Positions 18,912 through 27,609 of a DNA stretch of 64,000 nt are shown in pieces (position 1 is the stretch's first letter; each line of letters opens with the position of its first letter). This DNA is from a virus (lineage: Duplodnaviria; Caudoviricetes), in IMG/VR virus record IMGVR_UViG_3300037484_000235, positions 188,522 through 252,521 of that record. One strand, given 5' to 3'. The notes under the pieces were generated by a model. The model was not told the origin of the DNA, did no database searches, and was given only the letters and a program-made list of their open reading frames with translations. A program made the translations under genes and the position numbers.

Positions 18912-19720
18912 TGGTACGCGTAATGCGCGAGGTGCATATGGCAGAAAGGGCCTGTGCGGAGCTTTCAAAGGTGTGTCATCGATCCGGCGCCTCCGAACAG
19001 CCATGTTGGGGTCGAATAGAGCCACTCGCGGATCCTGATTGGAACGGTAGCAATGATGCCCTAAAGTTCGCTTGTAGGGCTCATCGGACTTCTCAGTACA
19101 AGGCAAAGTCTGGGATTGACCTGGATATGGACTACGCGGCGGCTCAGGCCTTGGGGATGGACCCCAGGATCGTGGGAGATGAGTCCCACTCCTTTGCTCC
19201 AACCTTCTCTGGCAGAGAAGAGCTTGCACGAATGCAGGGTACCATGGAGGTCCCAGAAGAAATTCAAAATGTATTTGACCTTCAAGAGGTGGTAGACGCC
19301 TCTTTAGCCCAACAGGAATGGGCCAGAAGGATGGTTGAGGGCAAAACGGGTCGGGTTGAGAACCTCTTTTATGTGCCACGCGTCAAGATATCCACAGAGG
19401 CCGTAGAAAACCTGACTGCCAAGATTCTAGAGTACTTGGCACAGATTGAAGTACTGAAGCATAGGATCAATCAGCATCGATGTGAGTTAGCTGGGTTCCC
19501 GCCAGAATTTGCTGTTGGCATGGGCGACCCTTGCCACAAGTACGAGCCTGAGCAGAACACACATCACTGTTTAGAGTCCGTCAACGGACCCGGTGACGTG
19601 ACCACTATCTGCTGGTGTGAGAGTGCCACAACACGAACCAGGCCCATTGATGTTGAAGCCTATGTGGTGACTCCCGGTAGATTCCGGGTACGCGAAACTC
19701 AGGATCAGACGAAAGACTAA
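18908..19720 (+). CDS. Hypothetical Cys/His-rich protein (270 aa)
   Basis: GTGA overlap with the actin stop; Cys/His clusters at both ends flank a coiled coil. Confidence 0.65.
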   Translation: MMVRVMREVHMAERACAELSKVCHRSGASEQPCWGRIEPLADPDWNGSNDALKFACRAHRTSQYKAKSGIDLDMDYAAAQALGMDPRIVGDESHSFAPTFSGREELARMQGTMEVPEEIQNVFDLQEVVDASLAQQEWARRMVEGKTGRVENLFYVPRVKISTEAVENLTAKILEYLAQIEVLKHRINQHRCELAGFPPEFAVGMGDPCHKYEPEQNTHHCLESVNGPGDVTTICWCESATTRTRPIDVEAYVVTPGRFRVRETQDQTKD

Positions 19721-19727
19721 TAGTTTC

Positions 19728-20849
19728 ATGTACTTCCACATGGCAGAGGCGACGCGCCGAAGACTCATCAAAGAGCTTCGAGCCTATTGGTCCTTGAACC
19801 CAAGGTACCAAGACCTCATTGACAACATCCAGGGGAAATACTCGTTCCAAGAGAGGCCCCAGTACGGGATCATTGTCAAGATGGGTTCCGCCTCAAAGGT
19901 CCAGTTCTCCGCTGACAATCTCATGGGGACGATTCAGAGTTACGTGACATTGGCTAGGATTCCAGGGTACTCGGGACTGTCTGTTGAGTGGGTTAGGGAG
20001 GATGCCTATGCCATCCAGGGCAATGGTGGGGTCTTCCCGTCGCAAGCTGGCGTCTATTACTGTGAAATGTCCTCTGCGGATGAATTCTACGTAGACCCAT
20101 TGCTCGACGTACGTGATGAGCGGGTCACGATGACTACCAATTCAGAGGGCATCCTTCAAGGTGTCCCATTCTCCGAAAGCTTGCGTCTCTTTGAGGTGCC
20201 TGGCGGCCGACTCCTTCAGCTCGGTACAGACTACTCAGTGGATGCAGACGGTGTTACAATCTACTTGGCAGTGCCGCTGGCCAATGGGCAGGCCCTCTCA
20301 GCGGACTACCGTGTAGCAGGGACAACGACTGGGCCATGGAAGGTAGAGGCACAGGCGGGGCTTCACAAGATCATCCCCGGAGTCGTGATGGTCTTTGGGC
20401 GGAACTATGTACAAGGTGATCGTTGGGCTATTCTCGTTTCTTCGATTCGGGAGCCTGCATACATGGAGTACGGCGGGAAGTGGGAGATTGGTGTAGACAT
20501 CGACATCATAGCTAGGGACGTTAATTCCCAGGCAGAGATTGCAGATCAGACGGCGATGTTCCTGTGGGCCATCTTGCGACCGAACGTCATCGATGAGGGG
20601 ATTGATATCCAGGATGTGTCCATGGGCGGGGAGTCTGAAGAAATATACGACGAGAACGGGGACGACTACTTCTACAATGCGTCAATTTCCCTAACAATTC
20701 AGGCGGATTGGTTCCTTCATGTTCCGATCCTACCGAGAATTCTATCCTACCAGGAGGATATCAAGGGGCTTCCGAGGGAGCTGTCGCTCTCTCCGTTCAG
20801 AGACCCATTCTTCGCATTGAAGTCGGAACACTTCGAAAAGATCTTGTGA
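19728..20849 (+). CDS. Tail terminator / tail-completion-like protein (373 aa)
   Basis: Lies between neck and sheath genes; C-terminal IDIIARD...AEIADQ...IQDVSMGGESE...SISLTIQADW pattern fits tail-completion folds. Confidence 0.6.
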   Translation: MYFHMAEATRRRLIKELRAYWSLNPRYQDLIDNIQGKYSFQERPQYGIIVKMGSASKVQFSADNLMGTIQSYVTLARIPGYSGLSVEWVREDAYAIQGNGGVFPSQAGVYYCEMSSADEFYVDPLLDVRDERVTMTTNSEGILQGVPFSESLRLFEVPGGRLLQLGTDYSVDADGVTIYLAVPLANGQALSADYRVAGTTTGPWKVEAQAGLHKIIPGVVMVFGRNYVQGDRWAILVSSIREPAYMEYGGKWEIGVDIDIIARDVNSQAEIADQTAMFLWAILRPNVIDEGIDIQDVSMGGESEEIYDENGDDYFYNASISLTIQADWFLHVPILPRILSYQEDIKGLPRELSLSPFRDPFFALKSEHFEKIL

Positions 20850-20894
20850 TCCGTTGGCCCCTCTATACCTATCCCTTGTTGAAGAGAGGCCACC

Positions 20895-21371
20895 ATTCCT
20901 GTTTTCAGATACCAGTGCGACTGCGGATTGAACTTCTCGACTCGTGTCGCTTCGGCAGCGAGTCCGGTGAAGTGCTCCTGCGGGTCATTGGCGAAACAAG
21001 ATCTCCCCCGATCTTTTTCGGTGGGCACGTCTGTTCCTACGAATGGACTCTCTGCCCCATCAACAGGCCTATCGTCACATGACTATGTGTTTGACAAGGT
21101 TGTGGGAGAAGATGCCAAGGGCAAGTGGGACAAGATTGCGGCCCGCCACAAGGACAAGGTTCGGCTTCTTGAGCAGACTGGGGCCACAGGATTCGATCTC
21201 ACCAAGCAGCATGACGGTTCCTACGCCATCATGACCCCCCAGCAGCGGGCTGCCTCTGAACGGACACGGGCATTCCACTTCAAGATGGATGCTGCGGGTC
21301 CGGCTCAAGCCCGAAAGAAGCAGATTGAGGCAACAAGTTTGGTCCCTAAGGATCACAAAAGCCATGTCTGA
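20895..21371 (+). CDS. FmdB-like zinc-ribbon protein (158 aa), probable ATT start
   Basis: In-frame extension upstream of the track start gives (M)PVFRYQCDCGLNF...CSCG, the FmdB-type N-terminus. An in-frame TGA lies at 20880 and no ATG/GTG/TTG occurs before 20928. Confidence 0.75.
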   Translation: MPVFRYQCDCGLNFSTRVASAASPVKCSCGSLAKQDLPRSFSVGTSVPTNGLSAPSTGLSSHDYVFDKVVGEDAKGKWDKIAARHKDKVRLLEQTGATGFDLTKQHDGSYAIMTPQQRAASERTRAFHFKMDAAGPAQARKKQIEATSLVPKDHKSHV

Positions 21372-22053
21372 ACTTCGAAGTAAGCTCATTCGTTTGGCCA
21401 ACTCTAACCCAGAGTTGCGATCCACATTGCTACCTTTGCTGAAGGAGGGCGCCGCCGAGAAGACCGGGTCCTCTGTCACCTATGCGATGGCTGTGAGGGA
21501 CGCTTCTCTGGAGTTGATTGGAGCGTCAAGAGGAAGTGATGTTACAGACGAGGGGCAGATGCTCATTCTGCTTCTTGCTGCATGCTCCACATTCGTCAAG
21601 AAGGGCAGGATTGGAAGCAATCAGACCGCTATCCTCATCAAAAGGGCAGCCGACTCGTTGTACAAGGAGATGTTCGGGGAGAGTCCTGATGCGGTGTCAC
21701 CAGTTGTTGCCGCTCCGACCCCCAGGGATCTGTTCTTTGGTTCGGGCAAGCTAAGTGGGTATGCCCTAGAAGTCATCCGTGGGATGCAGATGTTGGATGG
21801 TGACATCCACACCAAAGGCAAAGTAAATCCCAATGGCTCGGTGGAGTTCATGCATGGTGGTGTCTACGGCACAGTTCTGGTTGAGATGGGATTGTCCAAT
21901 GATGCCCGTGCGTGGGTATCTGTGTACACGACTGGGCGTCGGCCCGCTTCCATCATGTTTCCCTCAACCTTCGATGTGAAGAGCGTGGCTGGGTCAAAGT
22001 TTCCCAGGATGCTCCTGAACAAGCTCTCTGACCTGAGTGCTTGGGCTGAGTAA
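21364..22053 (+). CDS. Leader-bearing modular protein (229 aa), candidate internal virion protein
   Basis: True start is likely ATG 21364: MSELRSKLIRLANSNPELRSTLLPLLKEGAA. Confidence 0.75.
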   Translation: MSELRSKLIRLANSNPELRSTLLPLLKEGAAEKTGSSVTYAMAVRDASLELIGASRGSDVTDEGQMLILLLAACSTFVKKGRIGSNQTAILIKRAADSLYKEMFGESPDAVSPVVAAPTPRDLFFGSGKLSGYALEVIRGMQMLDGDIHTKGKVNPNGSVEFMHGGVYGTVLVEMGLSNDARAWVSVYTTGRRPASIMFPSTFDVKSVAGSKFPRMLLNKLSDLSAWAE

Positions 22054-22121
22054 GATTTCCCTCCCGGTGCCTTAGGGCCCCGTGGTCCACAAACATACCT
22101 AACATCCTGCGCTTTCATTTT

Positions 22122-22141
22122 CTCTCCTTTATTTAGGAGAG
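22122..22141 (+). promoter_or_regulatory. Hairpin CTCTCCT-TTATTT-AGGAGAG upstream of the sheath gene
   Basis: Perfect 7-bp inverted repeat in the intergenic spacer; function unknown. Confidence 0.35.
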
Positions 22142-22178
22142 GTTGATTCACATCAGTTCTCTCAGGAGCGCGCGAACC

Positions 22179-25100
22179 ATGCCAAGTCTTCTCCGTGGCG
22201 GATACACTCCCCCAGGTGTTTACACCCAGACCACTTTCGGAGTCCCACCGACCCCGACTCCGATTCCAGCTCGTATTCCCGTGTTCGTCGGGACGGGCAC
22301 TGAGATCCTCTCTCGGTCGAGTCTCCCTGTCGTGCGTGGCAGTTCCAGCACCATTGACCAACAGGTCGTGGACGAGGATGAGGCTGGTCGTGGCGTAGTT
22401 AGCGTCACCTCAGGTGGCCTTGTCACTCTTGGGGACTTCGATGGCCTGCTCACGAAGTTCCAGGTCCGCAACCTTCCCATCGTCTCTGGCGATGGGACTG
22501 GCACCGTTGCGGTCGATACCAGCGCAGTCTCGTGCAAGATCAACGGATTCCCCGTTGTGGTTCTTGGACTTGACGCAGCCGAGGGCATCGTCGAGCTGTC
22601 GGTAGCACCAGTGTCTACGGACGTGGTCCTCTGCACTTACTTCTTCGACCGCACAGACACTCTGACGACGGATGACGTGTCGGATCAGGTCACTGCTGAG
22701 GCGGCGATCATCGATGGCCTTGCGGGACAGAGCTTCGCGTTCGCACTTGCCGCGAACGACGTTTTCTCCCTCTCGGTAGATGGATTGGCGTTCGTGAACA
22801 TCACGATGCCCTCGTCCGCCCCATCGGTGAGCGGCGCAGTGGTAGCAGCAACCATCAACGGCACCGCAGGAATTGGCTCTCTCGTCGCCACGACCTACGT
22901 CAACAACCTTGCTCAGACTTGCATCCGGCTTACGGCCGACAAGTCCATCACCATTGGAACGGGCACGGCGAATACAACCCTTGGGTTCACGCCTGGTGCA
23001 ACGACCTCTCGCAATCGTGTGTTCTACACGTTCCAGGGTCCGATCGTCGATGGTTTCGGCGGCGGTACCACAACGACGGACCCTTCGTTGGTTGTTGTCC
23101 TTGTGGACAGCGTCCAGGTCATCCCAACAGCGGTCAATGGGTCGTCCCGGTCGATCACCTTGCCCTACGCTCCGGCAGTGGGCTCTACGGTTACGGTCCG
23201 CTACTACTTTAACACCTGGCAGGACACGTTCGATTACCTTGCCAACATCGGTGTGACGGAGATCACACGCGCAGCCCTCACCCCTGACGGAAGCGTTGCG
23301 GGCACATACGTCCAGGGTGTGTCATACGTTCTCAAGGACGACGTGATCGTGTGGGGCACAGCGGCCCTCGTTTCCTCTGACGTGCATACAGAGGGTGGGA
23401 CGACTCTAGGCACCTCGCAAATCCAAGCGATGTTGGTAGACAACCAGGTCTACCTTGCCCCCTGCGCAACGACCGTGGACAGCACAGGCCCAGTCTCGGT
23501 TGCAAGTCGTACGGTCTTCCAGCTTCCATACCAGCCCACGACGGGTAATGGACGGGGTAATCCCCTGGGTTCGACGCTGTACGCGTCTGTCGCCAACGGG
23601 CGGATGGATCTCCCAACGAATCGCCCCGACCTCATCACAGCCTACTGGGGCTTCGGCGTTCAGGATGCAGTGGATCGTGGCGCGGTTGCGGTCCTCAAGG
23701 TGGACAGCGAGACTTCGCAGATCACACTCGGTTCGAGTGTGCCTGAAGGTGCAAGCGTCTACGCCTCGTTCTACTACAACACGCTTGTGGACATGGCGAA
23801 CATCGGTTCGAGCCACGCATACACACTAACGTGTGTGACGCCTGGACCTGGCGGAATCGGAACGTATTCCATCGCTGATGGTGAGGGAGTCCTGCTTTTC
23901 GGGGCGAGCCTTACAGCCAAGGGAAGCGACCTCACGACCGTAGACGTGATGTTCCCTTCGGGCTCCGAGTTCTTCCCAGACGCGCATGTCTCGGGCGGGG
24001 CGCCTGTCGAGGAGACTGTCACAGTCCAGTTCGCTACGTCGGACGTGACACCTGCTCGGTTCACGAACCTCGGACCTGGCCCGTACTACATGATCGACAA
24101 CACCTCGGATCGTCTCCGGGTGACGTTCGATGCGGCGGCACAGCAGACGGGTCTTGCGGCTGGTATGGACCTCTCCGCCCCAACGCTGGGCACACGCGCC
24201 GGTGCATTCGCCTCTCTTCTGGGTGAAGAGATTGCGTACACAGCGGCCTCCGGTGAAACCACCTACGACCTCACCTCCGGTGTGGATGATGCCCTCGATC
24301 TCATCGTAGACGGTGTGCCCCTGACCGTAGCAGTCGGTACTGCCCCAGGTACAACGGCTGCGGGCTTTGTTACGGCCATCAACGCAGCGGCCGTCGCTGC
24401 GGGCAATGAGCCCTACTACGACACCGCGGGTACGTTCACGAGCTTCATTGTCACGGTGAACGAGTACGACCAGCTTCGTCTTCACTACACGGGTGGCACC
24501 AACGGTGCGTCCGGTGTTGAGACGATCACCATCACCCCTGGTACCTACGCATCTCTCGGTGCGCTTGTTACCGAGATCAATGCGCAGCTTGCGCTGATCA
24601 ACGGTCTGTCCAGCACCGCTCTGTTCGGTTGGGTGACGGCTTCGGCTCTCTCTTCCGGCAAGATCCGATTCACTCTCGAAATCGGAAAGGGTATGGATAC
24701 CCTGACCTTCGGTGGTATCCCAATCGCGGGTGAGACTGTTACGATCAATGCCAAGATCTATACGTTCCGAGCGGTCATCAACGGAGCATCTGTAGACGGT
24801 GATGTCCTCATCGGAACGGCGAGCGGTTCGCTCGACAACCTGATTGCAGCCATCAATCTCGGTGCAGGCTCAGGCGTCACCTACGCAGCGGCAATGACTC
24901 TTCACCCCACGGTGTCTGCGGTTGCGGGCGCAGGCGTCACGATGATCGCATACGCCAAGGCAGTTGGAACTGCGGGCAACGCAATCACCGATGCAACCAA
25001 CGTTACACTTGGTGCATGGACGAACGCAGCTCCCGCTGGATTCTTTGCGGGTGGCGATGACACGGGTTACCTGGAGTTCATCGCAAACGCCACACCAGCT

Positions 25101-27506
25101 CGGGACTTCGCGATCATCGCGGGTATTGACACTGGCACGGCAATCAGCCTCAACCAGACCAAGATCTACAATGGTCCAATCGCTCGCCGCTTCACTGTGG
25201 CTACGACAGCGGGCCGCTTGCCCTACGACCGGATCATCCTCCGCAATCGTCTCTTCCCAGGTGGGGCTTCGCTGTCTTACGTACCTACCCTTGCACAGAC
25301 TGGAATCACCCTTCAGGGTGGGACCGGTGCAACCAAGGCCGGGCTTCTCAATGGGGAGACGGCTGAGGCTGTGTTCGGGGCAAACGTCAAGAATCCTACC
25401 ATTGTCGCCCTCACGGGATGGGCTGGCGGACAGGTAGCAACGGCTACCTACGGTGACGCACGGGACGGCCAGGCAAATGTCACCTTCTACGATGGGACGG
25501 ACCCTGCCAATCCTGCCAACAACCTCATGACTTTCACCGCCGGTGGAAGTCTCGTGACGGTGACCTTCACGGCTTCGGCCTTGGGTACGGCTACGGCACT
25601 AGGCCCCGTCACTGTCGCGGGCTCTGTGCTTGGTCAGATCAACGCGGCCATCGTGGCTGCAAGCCTCACAGCGGTCGTCTCTGTCCAACAGGAGGGTGCG
25701 GCCATCCGCCTTGTTGGCGGCGGCGTCGGCCCCGCAGCAACCCTGGTCATCGGGGCAGGAAGCGCGAACGACACACTCGGATTTGTCGAGGACGACTCGG
25801 CAGCTCCGGTTCCAGTCTCCACCCGCCAGCTTGCTTCGGCACTCATGGGTGCCAGCCAGTCGAGCGCAAACTTCACTGTCGCGATGCTCAGCTACTCGGC
25901 ACCGGACGCAGCGTACTTCGCAGGTCGAGCCCTCGCCGGAATCAAGGTGGACTCGACGGGCAACGTCTACCTCTACCTCCAGAGCCTGACCCTGGGCACT
26001 GCGTCGAGCATCGACTTCGGAGACGCAACCTCGAACAACGCCCTGGTGACAGGGACCTTGCTCCTCATCACGTCGGCGGACGGATCGTCTGGCGAGGCAG
26101 CCATCAACGGCTACTTCGTGACCAGCTCGAATCCCGGGCTGGGCTCGGGTTCGGCCGATACCTCGGTGTTCAACTCGGGTACGGGCCAAGACGGTGTGGT
26201 TGGACAGACGTATGTCGATGACGTGTCTGGCTTGACCTTCACCATTCTGCCTCGCTCGGGTGGCATTGCCTACCCAGTTGGTGTGAATGCCACGCTCAAC
26301 TTCCGTGTGAGCAAGACGTTCACGACGGATGGCAACATCCCCACTCTCGCAATCCCCGGAGTCGAACTCACGGTCACGAACACATCGGGTGTGGTCGCGC
26401 TGGACTCGGCCTTCGTGGAGACCTTCAAGAAGACGGGAGACGAGCCTACCAATGGGCAGATCTACTACGTCAGCTACAACTACGCGAAGCAGGACTTCAC
26501 CCCAAAGTTCTTCTCTCGCCTCTCGGAAGTCGTCACTGAGTACGGGCCTGTCAGCCCTGACAACCCGCTCTCTCTGGCAGCCCACATCGCCTTCCTAGGC
26601 GGTTCGTCTGTCATCGCTACCTATCAGGTGCTCAAGACGACTGGGTCGTCTCAGGCGAGCGAGCAGGCGTACTTGGATGCGCTTGTAGCTCTTGAGGGCA
26701 GCTCACTCCCAGGGAACATCATCCCAACAGTGCTGGTCCTTCTGACTCCAGCCACAGCAAACCTAGCGAAGCAGACAGCCATCCACTGCGACGTGCAGAG
26801 CAGCATCCGCTACCGTGCGGAGCGTACCGCGGTCTTCGGTTTCGCTTCGGGCACCCAGCCTTCCCAGGTTGGCACAATCTCCCAGGCAACAGGATCGACA
26901 CGTGTTCGGTTTGTCTACCCAGACATCTGGACAATCACGATCACCGATGTACTTGGAACCTCCAAGGCATATCTCGTGGATGGTCGCTACATGGCAGCCT
27001 CCGTGGCAGCCTCCACGACCGCACCCTCTATCGACTCTGCAACTCCATGGACTGGTCGGCTTCTCCCAGGCTGGACTGCCAGTGGGCGGTCTCTGGACGC
27101 TGTGGAGGCAAATCAGGTCGCGTCCAAGGGCGTGACCGTGATCGAAGAGAAGTTGCCGAACATGCGGATTCGGCATGGCCTCACGTCAGACATGACCAAT
27201 GTCCTGACGAAGATCCCAACGGTCATTCAGATCGCTGATGACATGCAGCGTCGTGCACGCGCAGTGCTCGACCAGTTCGTGGGTGTCAAGTTCCTCCCAC
27301 AGATCCTCGGACAGATCGAGGGACAGCTGAGCGAGATGTTCAAGCGCGCCGTGCAGGAACAGATCATCACGAGCTTCACGGGTATCAGCGTGGTTCTCGA
27401 CCCTGAGGATCCCACTGCCACTCTGGTAGAAGCCTTCTACCTCCCCGTCTTCCCTCTTTTGTATCTCCAGCTAAACTTCAGGGTGTCTTCACAGTCGAAC
27501 ATTTGA
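22179..27506 (+). CDS. Contractile tail sheath protein, unusually large (1775 aa)
   Basis: N-terminal GGYTPPGVYT and sheath C-terminal domain (RIRHGLT...QIADDMQRRARAVLDQFVG...YLPVFPLLYLQLNF). SD AGGAG favours ATG 22179 over TTG 22143. Confidence 0.9.
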   Translation: MPSLLRGGYTPPGVYTQTTFGVPPTPTPIPARIPVFVGTGTEILSRSSLPVVRGSSSTIDQQVVDEDEAGRGVVSVTSGGLVTLGDFDGLLTKFQVRNLPIVSGDGTGTVAVDTSAVSCKINGFPVVVLGLDAAEGIVELSVAPVSTDVVLCTYFFDRTDTLTTDDVSDQVTAEAAIIDGLAGQSFAFALAANDVFSLSVDGLAFVNITMPSSAPSVSGAVVAATINGTAGIGSLVATTYVNNLAQTCIRLTADKSITIGTGTANTTLGFTPGATTSRNRVFYTFQGPIVDGFGGGTTTTDPSLVVVLVDSVQVIPTAVNGSSRSITLPYAPAVGSTVTVRYYFNTWQDTFDYLANIGVTEITRAALTPDGSVAGTYVQGVSYVLKDDVIVWGTAALVSSDVHTEGGTTLGTSQIQAMLVDNQVYLAPCATTVDSTGPVSVASRTVFQLPYQPTTGNGRGNPLGSTLYASVANGRMDLPTNRPDLITAYWGFGVQDAVDRGAVAVLKVDSETSQITLGSSVPEGASVYASFYYNTLVDMANIGSSHAYTLTCVTPGPGGIGTYSIADGEGVLLFGASLTAKGSDLTTVDVMFPSGSEFFPDAHVSGGAPVEETVTVQFATSDVTPARFTNLGPGPYYMIDNTSDRLRVTFDAAAQQTGLAAGMDLSAPTLGTRAGAFASLLGEEIAYTAASGETTYDLTSGVDDALDLIVDGVPLTVAVGTAPGTTAAGFVTAINAAAVAAGNEPYYDTAGTFTSFIVTVNEYDQLRLHYTGGTNGASGVETITITPGTYASLGALVTEINAQLALINGLSSTALFGWVTASALSSGKIRFTLEIGKGMDTLTFGGIPIAGETVTINAKIYTFRAVINGASVDGDVLIGTASGSLDNLIAAINLGAGSGVTYAAAMTLHPTVSAVAGAGVTMIAYAKAVGTAGNAITDATNVTLGAWTNAAPAGFFAGGDDTGYLEFIANATPARDFAIIAGIDTGTAISLNQTKIYNGPIARRFTVATTAGRLPYDRIILRNRLFPGGASLSYVPTLAQTGITLQGGTGATKAGLLNGETAEAVFGANVKNPTIVALTGWAGGQVATATYGDARDGQANVTFYDGTDPANPANNLMTFTAGGSLVTVTFTASALGTATALGPVTVAGSVLGQINAAIVAASLTAVVSVQQEGAAIRLVGGGVGPAATLVIGAGSANDTLGFVEDDSAAPVPVSTRQLASALMGASQSSANFTVAMLSYSAPDAAYFAGRALAGIKVDSTGNVYLYLQSLTLGTASSIDFGDATSNNALVTGTLLLITSADGSSGEAAINGYFVTSSNPGLGSGSADTSVFNSGTGQDGVVGQTYVDDVSGLTFTILPRSGGIAYPVGVNATLNFRVSKTFTTDGNIPTLAIPGVELTVTNTSGVVALDSAFVETFKKTGDEPTNGQIYYVSYNYAKQDFTPKFFSRLSEVVTEYGPVSPDNPLSLAAHIAFLGGSSVIATYQVLKTTGSSQASEQAYLDALVALEGSSLPGNIIPTVLVLLTPATANLAKQTAIHCDVQSSIRYRAERTAVFGFASGTQPSQVGTISQATGSTRVRFVYPDIWTITITDVLGTSKAYLVDGRYMAASVAASTTAPSIDSATPWTGRLLPGWTASGRSLDAVEANQVASKGVTVIEEKLPNMRIRHGLTSDMTNVLTKIPTVIQIADDMQRRARAVLDQFVGVKFLPQILGQIEGQLSEMFKRAVQEQIITSFTGISVVLDPEDPTATLVEAFYLPVFPLLYLQLNFRVSSQSNI

Positions 27507-27532
27507 CCTGTGTAGGGACCGGATGAAAGCTG

Positions 27533-27578
27533 AACTAGAGCGGAGTCGGGGACAAAATCCTCAGGCTCCGTTCTAGTT
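27533..27578 (+). other. Long stem-loop downstream of the sheath gene
   Basis: AACTAGAGCGGAG pairs with CTCCGTTCTAGTT (one G-U), plus an inner GGGGA/TCCTC stem; weak U-tract. Confidence 0.55.
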
Positions 27579-27609
27579 TCTAGCCTATCTCACACGTCTG
27601 GAAAGAGCT

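Noticed and set aside
22143-22178. TTG start for the sheath as given by the track
   Set aside because: The AGGAGAGG tract is directly adjacent to the TTG and sits in a hairpin. ATG 22179 has a properly spaced AGGAG and gives the typical short N-terminus before PGVY.
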